Virus record (IMG/VR): IMGVR_UViG_3300044609_000721
Source: a virus
Direction: 5' to 3' (one strand)
DNA: 64,000 nucleotides
Part shown: positions 45,766 to 55,248 of the stretch, piece by piece
Layout: every line of letters starts with the position of its first letter
Numbering within the stretch: position 1 is the first letter of the stretch
The notes under the pieces: generated by a model
Databases searched by the model: none
The model's input: the letters and a program-made list of their open reading frames with translations, nothing else
What the model was told of the DNA's origin: nothing
Made by a program: the position numbers and the translations under genes

Positions 45766-46289
45766 GCCCCCTGACCGAGCATTTTTCTTTTATCATATTT
45801 CCACTCAGAATGTGGACCATTTGCATCAACATACTGAAGGAATGCTTGAACATGTCTATTACCTGTGAAAGGTTCTCTCCAATGTGGATATTCAATACCT
45901 TTATAGATGCATACATCACCTACATTTAGTTCATAAGATCTGATTTCACCATCAACTTCAAAAAATATAGGCCAATCAGTTTCCTTTTCGAGGCAACAGG
46001 TAACTCCATACTCAGAACTAGGACGGTCTGTATGACGTTCTAGGACACTTTGGTTTCCATATATCCTTCCATATGAATATGTTGGATACAGAGTCATCTG
46101 GAGTTCTCTCTCCACCTTTGGGTGCATCCACAACAAAAGAGATTCTAGAAATATAGGACTGTAATATCCAAATGCATTTGCAATAGTTGGATCTGGTGGA
46201 TTATTCAATAGTAATCTCAGCATTTCCATGTTGGTAGAAATATACTTGCACATCTCTACTGGAATTGCATTTCTAATAACTTTAATCAT
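45762..46289 (-). CDS. Fe(II)/2OG-dependent oxygenase
   Basis: HTD...H triad (LERHTDRPS, YPHWREP). Confidence 0.85.
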   Translation of the reverse strand: MIKVIRNAIPVEMCKYISTNMEMLRLLLNNPPDPTIANAFGYYSPIFLESLLLWMHPKVERELQMTLYPTYSYGRIYGNQSVLERHTDRPSSEYGVTCCLEKETDWPIFFEVDGEIRSYELNVGDVCIYKGIEYPHWREPFTGNRHVQAFLQYVDANGPHSEWKYDKRKMLGQGA

Positions 46290-46879
46290 AGACTTGATAA
46301 ATTCATGTTAATGACACAGCGATACGGTTGTGTTTTCGTATAAGAACTCGAATGGTAATAATTTCCTGGGAAAAGAAGAAGTCTACCTTTTTTTGGTGCA
46401 ACTCTCTGCTTAATTGTCCACTCATTTCGTTTTAAGTAATATTCATCCCTCTCAATCGTAGGAATATCCAACTTCTGATCGAAAATTACAGTATCACCAT
46501 CACAGTCATTCACATAATATAGTGCAACATAATGTTTACTGTAATTATCAACATGAGGCATATGATAATCCATTGTTGAATCTGGATTGCCAAGTACAAA
46601 ATTGAACCTCATTCTATCCAGGAAGTTGAAAGAAACTCCAGTCTTCTCAGTGATAGACAATACTAGAGGATAGATTGTGTTGAAGAAGTTAGAAATTGGT
46701 TTCTGCTCTTCATACAATTCATGAGTAAATCCATGAATATTCAGAGGTTGTTTCCCATATTCATAAGCAACAATATTTTTCCTAAAGTACCAGGGAAAAG
46801 TAGCACTATTAACAATGCTCAAAATGTGATTCTGATAATCTCTACTGATGAAATCATCTATAACGATAATATCTTTCAT
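46286..46879 (-). CDS. Fe(II)/2OG-dependent oxygenase
   Basis: PHVD, YYVNDCDGDT, YHSS, distal R. Confidence 0.85.
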   Translation of the reverse strand: MKDIIVIDDFISRDYQNHILSIVNSATFPWYFRKNIVAYEYGKQPLNIHGFTHELYEEQKPISNFFNTIYPLVLSITEKTGVSFNFLDRMRFNFVLGNPDSTMDYHMPHVDNYSKHYVALYYVNDCDGDTVIFDQKLDIPTIERDEYYLKRNEWTIKQRVAPKKGRLLLFPGNYYHSSSYTKTQPYRCVINMNLSSL

Positions 46880-47493
46880 ATAGCATGTCCAAAAAACACT
46901 AGGGTTAATCTTGCAGTATCAATATCTTTACCAAAGAAATTATCTGCACTGTGCCAAACTCTAGGATCGAAGATATTGCATCGATTGAATCTATTCTGAA
47001 CTGTAATACTTGGAATCCATTGAGATCTATGATCTTTTCTGTATTGATCATACTTCCTTCGGCCTTCAATGTCATCAGAGTTCACTTCTTCCATGAACAT
47101 CTTAGAGTAATCATCACCATTAACATCCATTCTATCATTATAGAATGTAGTACCAGAATTAATTGGAGTTGGATCTGGATTTAAATAAACCATTCCAGCA
47201 ACATTATACTTATCATCGTCAGTGTGAATCCACCCACTCCCATAAGTGTCATCAATAATTTGAAAAGAAGTCTGAAGAATAGAAAATGAATTCTTATCTG
47301 GGATATGATGAACTAACTTAGATGCAAAAGTATGAAAGAGAGTAATATCTACTTCATCTAGAAAATTACTTCTCAATCCAGGCCAATTTCCACGATCACC
47401 TTTAAAATATTCCTGCTGTAAAGCAAAATTCCTAACAAGAGATGGAGTTTCAAAGAAATTGTCAATTGTAATTAGTGGTAATCTATTTTTCAT
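46876..47493 (-). CDS. Fe(II)/2OG-dependent oxygenase (DUF6445-like)
   Basis: WIHTD, AGMVYL, WHSA, RLTLVFF. Confidence 0.85.
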   Translation of the reverse strand: MKNRLPLITIDNFFETPSLVRNFALQQEYFKGDRGNWPGLRSNFLDEVDITLFHTFASKLVHHIPDKNSFSILQTSFQIIDDTYGSGWIHTDDDKYNVAGMVYLNPDPTPINSGTTFYNDRMDVNGDDYSKMFMEEVNSDDIEGRRKYDQYRKDHRSQWIPSITVQNRFNRCNIFDPRVWHSADNFFGKDIDTARLTLVFFGHAI

Positions 47494-48056
47494 TCTGTTA
47501 CAAAATTAAAAGTAAGTACAAGTCTTCGAGAACACATTTTAGGGCAACCACTTGCATGATAGTGCTTACCATCAAAACAAACAAATTTACCTTGTTCTGG
47601 TTTTATTCTTTGTTTGATAGTATATTTTTCATTTTGTTCAGTCTCATTGAAGATATAGGTATCTCCATCACAGTCATTGAGATAATAGAGTCCAACTTTA
47701 TGCTGATACTGATAATCTACATGTGGATTATTGTAAGAATATGGTAAGTGTGGCATACTGTATACAGTATTCAGAAGAAATCCAAGTCTAACTCTCAGCA
47801 AATCTTTGAGAACCATATTCTCTCTATGTAAGAATTCAAGAAGAATTGGATAATAAGAATTCAAATACTGATTAGATTGTCCTTCATTATACATCAAATT
47901 ACAAAATCCCTGAGTATTCTTCTTACCCTCGGTGGTTCTTTCGTTTGTAACTTCAGGAAGATAATGCCAATCAAATTCTCTAGACGTTGCTAGATCAAGT
48001 AAAAACTTCTGTTGAGATTTGGGAATAATGTCTTGAATTGTAATGATGTCATTCAT
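47490..48056 (-). CDS. Fe(II)/2OG-dependent oxygenase (paralog of 46286)
   Basis: PHVD, YYLNDCDGDT, YHAS, RLVLTFN. Confidence 0.85.
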   Translation of the reverse strand: MNDIITIQDIIPKSQQKFLLDLATSREFDWHYLPEVTNERTTEGKKNTQGFCNLMYNEGQSNQYLNSYYPILLEFLHRENMVLKDLLRVRLGFLLNTVYSMPHLPYSYNNPHVDYQYQHKVGLYYLNDCDGDTYIFNETEQNEKYTIKQRIKPEQGKFVCFDGKHYHASGCPKMCSRRLVLTFNFVTE

Positions 48057-48819
48057 AGTTTATCTTGTAATAATTACGATCTACAGACTGATTTGAAGTC
48101 GGTAACTTTTGCCAACATGGTATACTCATAGACAAACGTTTTCCTAAAGGAACTGCCCAATGATAAGCCCTAGAAGGAATATACAATCCATCCCCAGGTT
48201 TAAGAACAACTTCGGTTTCAACCTGTAGTTGATCTTCACTCAATGTGTGCTGTTGAGTTCCTGTCTTATATAGTGACGATATGCGATTCTTAAAGATCTT
48301 CCAATGAGTTTCACCTTCTACCTGAATTATGAAGTTGGAAGGATAATCATCATGAATTTTAAATGACTTTGAATCCTCCAGACCACAATACACATGAATT
48401 GCAGTATCTATATCAAAGATTCGTTCAAAGACATTCAATAGATCATTCGTCTTCTGACTATAGAATCCATAGTTCATGATGATGAGAGTATTACCTGCAT
48501 TGATTCCATCAGCAAGAAATCTTTTGTCCTGTACAAGTTTGTTACTAATCCAGGCCTTCTGCTGTGCAGGAATATTGATCTTGTTTGAGAACTTATCAAT
48601 CATCTCAAAGTCAAACAGATGAGGATTGTTCACACAGGTCTCAACATCTTGCCAAGAAAGATAGTCTTCTGGATTGTCTAGAAGGTTTTCAAAGTAATGA
48701 GATCTATCATTCACAATCAGATTAGTCTCATTTAAAATTCTTTGTCCGATGTTATACATTGTACTTGATTGCAATGTTGAATGAAATCGAGATTCTCTCT
48801 TCTTCCGTTTCGTTTTCAT
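48049..48819 (-). CDS. JmjC / cupin-4 (YcfD/ROXA-like) oxygenase
   Basis: HVYCG, FKIHDD, FIIQVEGETHW, VLKPGDGLYIP..YH. Confidence 0.8.
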   Translation of the reverse strand: MKTKRKKRESRFHSTLQSSTMYNIGQRILNETNLIVNDRSHYFENLLDNPEDYLSWQDVETCVNNPHLFDFEMIDKFSNKINIPAQQKAWISNKLVQDKRFLADGINAGNTLIIMNYGFYSQKTNDLLNVFERIFDIDTAIHVYCGLEDSKSFKIHDDYPSNFIIQVEGETHWKIFKNRISSLYKTGTQQHTLSEDQLQVETEVVLKPGDGLYIPSRAYHWAVPLGKRLSMSIPCWQKLPTSNQSVDRNYYKINYE

Positions 48820-49336
48820 CTACGGAGTGTGGAACATAAGATGGAAATAGAATCAATCTACCAACCTTTGGAGGATACTTACATACGCTTCCACTGATAG
48901 GTGTATAGTTAGCAACTCTAGATGCTGAAGTTACAATGAAATCTTCCTGAAAGTTCTTGTAGAACACAATCTGAGGACTATCATCATTGCACTTCACATA
49001 ATAGACACCAGATACAAATGACCCATGGTGAATGTGAGTCTTGTTTGAATTGTTCTTTTGATTGATATTCACCCACATATTACCCATCTCTAGGGTTGTG
49101 CTTGCATCATATCCATAATCATGTAAGCACTGGTTTGCATTTACCATGATGTAGTTATACAGTTCTGGTAGATCTTTAGGATTAATATCGTTAGATTGCC
49201 AACCCCCAAGATTACTAATGCTTCTACCAGCAGGATCTTTCTCTCTAGCAGTATAACAATACTGTAATATGGTTTTGTTATCAATTCCAGTGTCAGTCCA
49301 CCACACTGGAGTAGGGAAGTAGTAATCTAGATTCAT
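48752..49336 (-). CDS. TIGR02466-like Fe(II)/2OG oxygenase
   Basis: MWVNIN, HIH, SGVYYV, FPSYVPHSV, RISISFN. Confidence 0.85.
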   Translation of the reverse strand: MNLDYYFPTPVWWTDTGIDNKTILQYCYTAREKDPAGRSISNLGGWQSNDINPKDLPELYNYIMVNANQCLHDYGYDASTTLEMGNMWVNINQKNNSNKTHIHHGSFVSGVYYVKCNDDSPQIVFYKNFQEDFIVTSASRVANYTPISGSVCKYPPKVGRLILFPSYVPHSVDENETEEERISISFNIAIKYNV

Positions 49337-49869
49337 AAGACTATGGGGATAAAACTAAAGTTTTCACTAATCATGTTAGAAGTTTGGAGATCAAATCCTA
49401 GGGTAATTCTTTCGTCATCAAAGTCTTCATCTACTCTAACGTGATGATATCTGAATCCAGGCCCAATATAAATCTGACCTGGTTGATTCTGTATCTCATA
49501 CATTATATTACCATTATGCGAATCTGTAAAGACCGTGGTTGTTTTGTGATCAGTGATACTTATATATCCATGAATTGGAAAGTCATGACTATGTGATTGC
49601 AATACTTGATCCTTAGTGTGTAGGTTAATCCAACTCTGCAACCACAACTGATCATGAGTAGTTGTATAATCTCGAATACATCTCAATAACTCTGTATAAA
49701 GTTTGTACACATGTTGATTACATGATGCAATACTAAAGAAATTGTACATGTAGTAATAATCTGTAGAGTTATTCCTACCAAAGATATGATGAAATTTGTT
49801 GTTGGATAACTTGATGTAGTCTGTGAGTTCTTTTACTTCGATATCAATTTTATACGTTTTGTAGTCATT
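49333..49869 (-). CDS. TIGR02466-like Fe(II)/2OG oxygenase
   Basis: SWINLH, HSH, YHHV, RITLGFD. Confidence 0.8.
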   Translation of the reverse strand, partial: NDYKTYKIDIEVKELTDYIKLSNNKFHHIFGRNNSTDYYYMYNFFSIASCNQHVYKLYTELLRCIRDYTTTHDQLWLQSWINLHTKDQVLQSHSHDFPIHGYISITDHKTTTVFTDSHNGNIMYEIQNQPGQIYIGPGFRYHHVRVDEDFDDERITLGFDLQTSNMISENFSFIPIVL

Positions 49870-50651
49870 CATATCATAGGAGTGTAAGAGATAGCATATG
49901 TGTGAGACCACCTGAAGTCCACAGAAGAATCAATGTATGGTGAATGAGGAGTATGAGAATTGTATAGAGTCATCTTAGATTGAATACTAGGTGCAATTCC
50001 AACAGGTTCAAATCCCCAATATTCATACTCATCTTGACTCATATTCTTCCACTCAGAAAGTCTCTTCCTATCAAGAAAAAGTTCCTTACATTCATTGAAT
50101 CTTGGATGAGATTCGTGTACCTGAAAGTCAAAGTACATTTTATTATCATCACCTCTATAAGTTTTGCCCTTATATTCATATAGAGATGTTCCAGAAGTAC
50201 CTTCTTTATGATCAGAAAACCAAAAATTTGCAACTACACCACAAGGAAAATCCATATGAGGTAATCTAAAGTATTCGAGTGGTTTTGATTTCTCCCTAAA
50301 GTATACATTTCCCCACTCACTAAATCTCATATCAAAGTGAGGAGGAAACTGAGGTTTGAAATAGGTTTTGATTAATATTAATATTCCCCTACACATCCAT
50401 TCGGGTAAATGAATAGCCTCAAATGGGTTTGCTTCTTTACACTGTTGGTTGTTGTGCGTTTTGATAATAGGGAAGCAAGATGCCAATTCTTTATACATTT
50501 CAAATCCATTATCCAAGAATGGATTATCTGCTATCCAATATCCTACAGTGTCAGTTAATTTAATGTATTGGATATTCCATTCATCATACTTTTTGACTTT
50601 AATTACGTCGTCAAATTCATTTGCATCTGGATAACAATATCTAAAATTCAT
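49869..50651 (-). CDS. Fe(II)/2OG-dependent oxygenase (DUF6445-like)
   Basis: LPHMD, GTSLY, TPHSP, distal R. Confidence 0.75.
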   Translation of the reverse strand: MNFRYCYPDANEFDDVIKVKKYDEWNIQYIKLTDTVGYWIADNPFLDNGFEMYKELASCFPIIKTHNNQQCKEANPFEAIHLPEWMCRGILILIKTYFKPQFPPHFDMRFSEWGNVYFREKSKPLEYFRLPHMDFPCGVVANFWFSDHKEGTSGTSLYEYKGKTYRGDDNKMYFDFQVHESHPRFNECKELFLDRKRLSEWKNMSQDEYEYWGFEPVGIAPSIQSKMTLYNSHTPHSPYIDSSVDFRWSHTYAISYTPMI

Positions 50652-50652
50652 T

Positions 50653-51252
50653 TCATGTTCCCTTTATGTTATAAGTAAGAACTATTCTTTCTTCATCAGT
50701 AGAATTCTCTTGTGTCCTATGATTAATCCATGGAGGAAAGATAAGAACGTCATTTGTAGTAACTTCCAATTCTCTCCACAATTGCTTCTCTGGATTGAAT
50801 GGTAGTCCAAGTTTATGGTACTCTAAAGGATCTCTAAACTCAATATTACCAGATCCTTCTGGACACTTCAGGTAAGCAGAAACAACCATGTCAGACATAT
50901 TATGAACATGTTCGACGGTTTTTCCTGTTCTTCTGTGAACATTAATCCATGACTTGGTGATGATACTATTGGAAGATAAAAGTTGATTCATCTCCCAAAT
51001 ATATGCAATTCTAGATACCAACCATTTGTGATAATCATTTAAGAGTGGAGAGTTATGAGGTTCTAACTCGTTATCATAAACTCCAACTCTTGCTGTGGAT
51101 ATTGCATCACCAGTTTCTAATAGACTAGACTCTGGTGATACAGACCAATGAGTTCGCAGAGACTCAATCAGAGGATTAAGTTTATCTAAATCAAACTCGT
51201 ATTTAAATTTCCAAATCAAAGGTGGCCATAAATGTATTGGTGTTCCATCCAT
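50653..51252 (-). CDS. TIGR02466-like Fe(II)/2OG oxygenase
   Basis: SWINVH, HVH, FPPWINHRT, RIVLTYN. Confidence 0.85.
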   Translation of the reverse strand: MDGTPIHLWPPLIWKFKYEFDLDKLNPLIESLRTHWSVSPESSLLETGDAISTARVGVYDNELEPHNSPLLNDYHKWLVSRIAYIWEMNQLLSSNSIITKSWINVHRRTGKTVEHVHNMSDMVVSAYLKCPEGSGNIEFRDPLEYHKLGLPFNPEKQLWRELEVTTNDVLIFPPWINHRTQENSTDEERIVLTYNIKGT

Positions 51253-51255
51253 AAA

Positions 51256-51477
51256 TCAAGAAATTCCACACTCCTCTTTTGCTAATTCCAGACCTTCAAT
51301 AGCACCTTGAAGTTTAATGATTAGTTCATACATCTCTTGACGCTTTTGAAAGTCAATTGTAGTAATACCATAAGGATTTAGTTTGGTATCAGCAAATTCT
51401 ACCTCAAGTTTTTCTTTATCTTCAATTGCCATTTGAATTTGACCTTTAAAATTATCAATCAGTTCATCAATAGTCAT
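51256..51477 (-). CDS. Small coiled-coil hypothetical protein
   Basis: ORF track. Confidence 0.7.
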   Translation of the reverse strand: MTIDELIDNFKGQIQMAIEDKEKLEVEFADTKLNPYGITTIDFQKRQEMYELIIKLQGAIEGLELAKEECGIS

Positions 51478-52247
51478 AATTTCCGATCTCCTGTTCTATA
51501 GCGTTTAAAAATTTCTGTCACTCTATTTATTCTAGATTGAACCGAATCATATCTCATTGTATTGCATCTATTTGCATAGACAAATGATTCCTCCATATCA
51601 TACTCCACTTGTCCAGCACTGTCAATAATGGTCTCAAAGTTATTGAGGTTCAAATACTTCCTATTTACAGGTACGTACTGAACTAAAGGTGTTCCAGCCT
51701 TTACAAATGTTTCACCTTCAAGTACATGCCAAAAAAGTTGAACATTCATAACATGTGCATATCTGGGGTCTAGAATTCCATATGCTGGAGTAAATCTAGA
51801 TTCATTGTTATATGCAACTGGCATTTGTATGAATACAATATCATCAGATGCTTTCACTCTCCATGGAGTCTCAACTTTAACAATTTGCTTAAGAGTATTA
51901 TCTGGATTATCTAATAGTGGTTCAACTTGCTTTTCATCATGCTTATCAATATACCCATACATACCACGTTTGAATAGGTATGGTGTTTCCCAAGTAAAAC
52001 TAGATCCATCACCATTGGTAGTGATAGTAAAGTCTGCAGGAGCAACTAATACGTAACCAGCATGAGCAAGATTAGTGATTCCTGGGCAATTTGAAGATGA
52101 CATGAAACCAGAGAAAGGACATTTCTTTTTCCTTACTTCTGGTTCCATCCATTTCCTTCTAATTGAATGTGATGTAATGATTGGGTATAAGTCAGTCACT
52201 CCAGGTTCTAGTGAATAGAACCTGATCCAACTCTTTTTTCTAAACAT
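51474..52247 (-). CDS. Hypothetical protein, possible dUTPase-like beta fold
   Basis: CPGI...AGY...PADF, TPWRV, GILD, KAGTPLVQYVP. Confidence 0.5.
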   Translation of the reverse strand: MFRKKSWIRFYSLEPGVTDLYPIITSHSIRRKWMEPEVRKKKCPFSGFMSSSNCPGITNLAHAGYVLVAPADFTITTNGDGSSFTWETPYLFKRGMYGYIDKHDEKQVEPLLDNPDNTLKQIVKVETPWRVKASDDIVFIQMPVAYNNESRFTPAYGILDPRYAHVMNVQLFWHVLEGETFVKAGTPLVQYVPVNRKYLNLNNFETIIDSAGQVEYDMEESFVYANRCNTMRYDSVQSRINRVTEIFKRYRTGDRKL

Positions 52248-52274
52248 AATTTATCTACCTTTATTCAGATTATA

Positions 52275-53879
52275 TCATGCATCAACGTGTTCGTCAACCC
52301 CATCGTAAATATTATCTCGGAGAAACTCATAGTGAGAAGGTAATGTTTGAACATACTCAACAATATGATCTCTATATTGTTCATATTTTCGCTTGGAGTC
52401 TTCAATCCTATCTAAAGGCCATCCATTACTTTCATAGATTTGCTCAACTTGCCTCTTATACGAAAGTGGTTTCATTCCCATTCCAGCAGCAATATAATTT
52501 GTACCACTGGTTCTAGTCTCCCAGTAATTATTCTGAAGTGATCCTGCAAGGAAACTTTGATATGATGCTTGATGATTCACAAATACGTTCATCATATCTG
52601 GATTGTATTCATTAATGTTTGTTGCCCATCTCCAGTATGGAGTATCATCTCTCATAGAGAACGCATAGTGCATAGAAACAAAATCCACAAATCCAGTCAA
52701 TTCATGATCAACAGCAAAGTTGTATCCATCAATTTCAGATCTGGTTACTCTACCCTCTCTACGATTGATAAGATCTACCAGTTTAATCACATTTTCATGA
52801 GTTGTGAGCAGTCCTGTAGATTCTAAAGGTTCTACGAATCCATAGGACAATCCAATTCCAACAACGTTTCTAACCCATGCACGTTCTCTCTTTCCATGAC
52901 GAATATTAATATGGAACATTTCTGCTTCTTCTGCTCTCTTTGGATCAGTTTTTGCTAAATGCTCTCTGAATTCTTTTTGTGCATCCTCTTTAGATGTAAA
53001 GCGAGATGAGTAAACATATCCCGTTCCAATACGATTCCAGAGAGGAATATTCCAAACCCATCCATTGTCTAGTGCATGACAATCGGTAACATTGTGCATT
53101 TCATTTTCCCTATCAATATAGGGGATTCTGCAAGCCCATGCACTATCGTTTGCAAGTTTCTTACTGAAAGGTCTGAAAATAGAACCCATATACCCCTCAA
53201 GGAGCATGGATTTAAATCCAGTACAATCAATATAAAGATCTGCACAAATTGCAGTCTCTTCATCAAGAACTAGATATTTGATTGATTGATCTTTGTTTGG
53301 TTCATATCCAGTAATGTTACCAACAATATGTTGAACTCCATTAGGAATACAAATATTTTCCTTTAACCACTTACCAAATAGTTCCGCATCCATGTGGTAT
53401 GCAGTATCATATTTAAAACTAAAGTTTCTAATTTTATTGTCTTTATTTCTGGTCTGTTTGTTGTACTTGGCCAAGAAGGTATTGGCATTATAGAACTCAG
53501 CAAAAGTATCTGGAGTATAACTCTCATCAAAGAGAGCAATTTCTGCCCAAGTATTCAGACCATTATGCTTATCGGTGAAATCAAACTCTGCACCAAAAGG
53601 ATATTCAAAATGACTTCCATCATTTTCACGGAAGTTAGTAAATCGAATAGAATTTTTGTAAGTTGCATTACATGCCTTCATCCAATCTTCATCCTTAATA
53701 TCCAAAAGATCTAAGAATCGATTGATATGACCAAGAGTAGATTCTCCCACGCCAACTGTTTTGACATTGGGAGATTCAACTAAAGCAATTTCCAAAAATG
53801 GGCACAGTTTACTAAGTGCTGCAGCAGTCATCCATCCAGAAGAACCACCACCAACAATTACGACGCTTTCAATTTTCAT
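52275..53879 (-). CDS. prnA: Flavin-dependent halogenase (tryptophan halogenase family)
   Basis: GGGSSG FAD motif, VGVGEST, ATYK (catalytic Lys position), DCTGF, WVWNIP (WxWxIP), FVEPLESTG. Confidence 0.92.
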   Translation of the reverse strand: MKIESVVIVGGGSSGWMTAAALSKLCPFLEIALVESPNVKTVGVGESTLGHINRFLDLLDIKDEDWMKACNATYKNSIRFTNFRENDGSHFEYPFGAEFDFTDKHNGLNTWAEIALFDESYTPDTFAEFYNANTFLAKYNKQTRNKDNKIRNFSFKYDTAYHMDAELFGKWLKENICIPNGVQHIVGNITGYEPNKDQSIKYLVLDEETAICADLYIDCTGFKSMLLEGYMGSIFRPFSKKLANDSAWACRIPYIDRENEMHNVTDCHALDNGWVWNIPLWNRIGTGYVYSSRFTSKEDAQKEFREHLAKTDPKRAEEAEMFHINIRHGKRERAWVRNVVGIGLSYGFVEPLESTGLLTTHENVIKLVDLINRREGRVTRSEIDGYNFAVDHELTGFVDFVSMHYAFSMRDDTPYWRWATNINEYNPDMMNVFVNHQASYQSFLAGSLQNNYWETRTSGTNYIAAGMGMKPLSYKRQVEQIYESNGWPLDRIEDSKRKYEQYRDHIVEYVQTLPSHYEFLRDNIYDGVDEHVDA

Positions 53880-53918
53880 AAGTTTTTCAGATAAATGATC
53901 AAGAAATAAATTTAAATA

Positions 53919-54410
53919 TCAATCTTCCTTTTTATAACCTTTCCATCCAGGATATCTTACCCAGGCAGGTTTTTCCATTGTAGAAATACCACATGGTTTA
54001 TCTGCACCTGGTTCTTCGTTCTCTGCAAACTCTAGAAGTTCTTCGAGAACCATTAAATTCTCTTGAGACTGTTGTTTTGGTTTGGGTAAAGTCTCTTTTA
54101 CATTTTTAATATGATCAACCCAAGTATTTGTTCCACTGACCATATCCTTATATAGCATATCAAGTTGCTCTCCAACATCACCATAAGCAACTTTTCTTGC
54201 CATACCTGGATCAGTATATGGTTGATCCCTCTTCACCCAAACCATATGTCCTTTTTTGGGTGAATATTCTAGAGTCCATTCTAGAGCAACTTCATCTGGA
54301 GCATCAACCCAAAGCATTGCTGCTCCAGGTCCTTCATAAATTTCATACTCTTCTCCAGGATCTTTAATTTCGTGAATGTATCCTTGAAATCCTACTAATA
54401 CCTTTTTCAT
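53919..54410 (-). CDS. Tail-fibre assembly / chaperone-like protein
   Basis: RKVAYGDVGEQLDMLYKD...W..HI..VK...PKP pattern typical of fibre-adjacent small proteins. Confidence 0.55.
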   Translation of the reverse strand: MKKVLVGFQGYIHEIKDPGEEYEIYEGPGAAMLWVDAPDEVALEWTLEYSPKKGHMVWVKRDQPYTDPGMARKVAYGDVGEQLDMLYKDMVSGTNTWVDHIKNVKETLPKPKQQSQENLMVLEELLEFAENEEPGADKPCGISTMEKPAWVRYPGWKGYKKED

Positions 54411-54434
54411 GTTTAAATTACTCCTTTCCTATGG

Positions 54435-54442
54435 TATTTATA
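54435..54442 (-). promoter_or_regulatory. T4 late promoter TATAAATA
   Basis: Perfect consensus overlapping the upstream stop codon. Confidence 0.75.
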
Positions 54443-55241
54443 TGTAATGTGTTACAACCACAAGTCCAGGTCTTCCATTAGATCCTCTGTGGCCATGATA
54501 GTGTGCCCCTGATCCACCAGATCCTGGTGCAGAGTGAGACTGGTGGTTATGACTAAAGTTACCACCTTGAGGGTGTCCAGCAGCAACGGCGCCGCCGTGA
54601 TGAGAAGTCCCACCAAGATTAGCACCTCTACCATGATGTGAGTCTCCGCCTCCACCATAAATGTTTAGATCTCCACCAGATCCAACTCCAGCAAGACCAC
54701 CAGAGTGTTGGTTATTACGATTGGCACCGAAACCACCAGAAGCAGAGCAATAAGATCCAAATGATGAAGCACCACCATTATCTCCTGCGTTTGCATAGTA
54801 GGTACCATTCACTTCTCCAGAAACAGTTACTGGAACCGAAGAAATGGATTGCACATTAATAATTCTTTCAGAATATCCTCCAGCACCTCCACATTCACCA
54901 TGGCCAGATCCTCCTCCTCCACCACCTTGAACCTTTACGTGAATAAAACGAATATTTCCAGGTTTTGTCCAAGTACCAGACGAAGTGAATACCTGAGTGC
55001 TTAGAATATTACCAGTAGATCCCAATGGTTGCCAAGATGCTGTAGATCCACTGGTCTCTAACCATTTTCCAGAATTACCAGATTGGGATGGTAATGTAGA
55101 ATTAGTAGTACCGCTAATTGTACCGTTAATAACCAAGTTACTAACTTGAAGTCTTCCTACAACAGACAAAGAACCAGAAACTAGATCAAATCCACTAGTT
55201 CCACTAAAATCTCTAATATTTGTAACTTTAATAGTACTCAT
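54438..55241 (-). CDS. Glycine-rich short fibre / virion protein, paralog A
   Basis: MSTIKV N-terminus, LPSQSGNSGKWL.T.G, VFTSSGTWTKP, GGGGG repeats, His-rich C-terminus. Confidence 0.75.
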   Translation of the reverse strand: MSTIKVTNIRDFSGTSGFDLVSGSLSVVGRLQVSNLVINGTISGTTNSTLPSQSGNSGKWLETSGSTASWQPLGSTGNILSTQVFTSSGTWTKPGNIRFIHVKVQGGGGGGSGHGECGGAGGYSERIINVQSISSVPVTVSGEVNGTYYANAGDNGGASSFGSYCSASGGFGANRNNQHSGGLAGVGSGGDLNIYGGGGDSHHGRGANLGGTSHHGGAVAAGHPQGGNFSHNHQSHSAPGSGGSGAHYHGHRGSNGRPGLVVVTHYI

Positions 55242-55248
55242 TTGTTTA

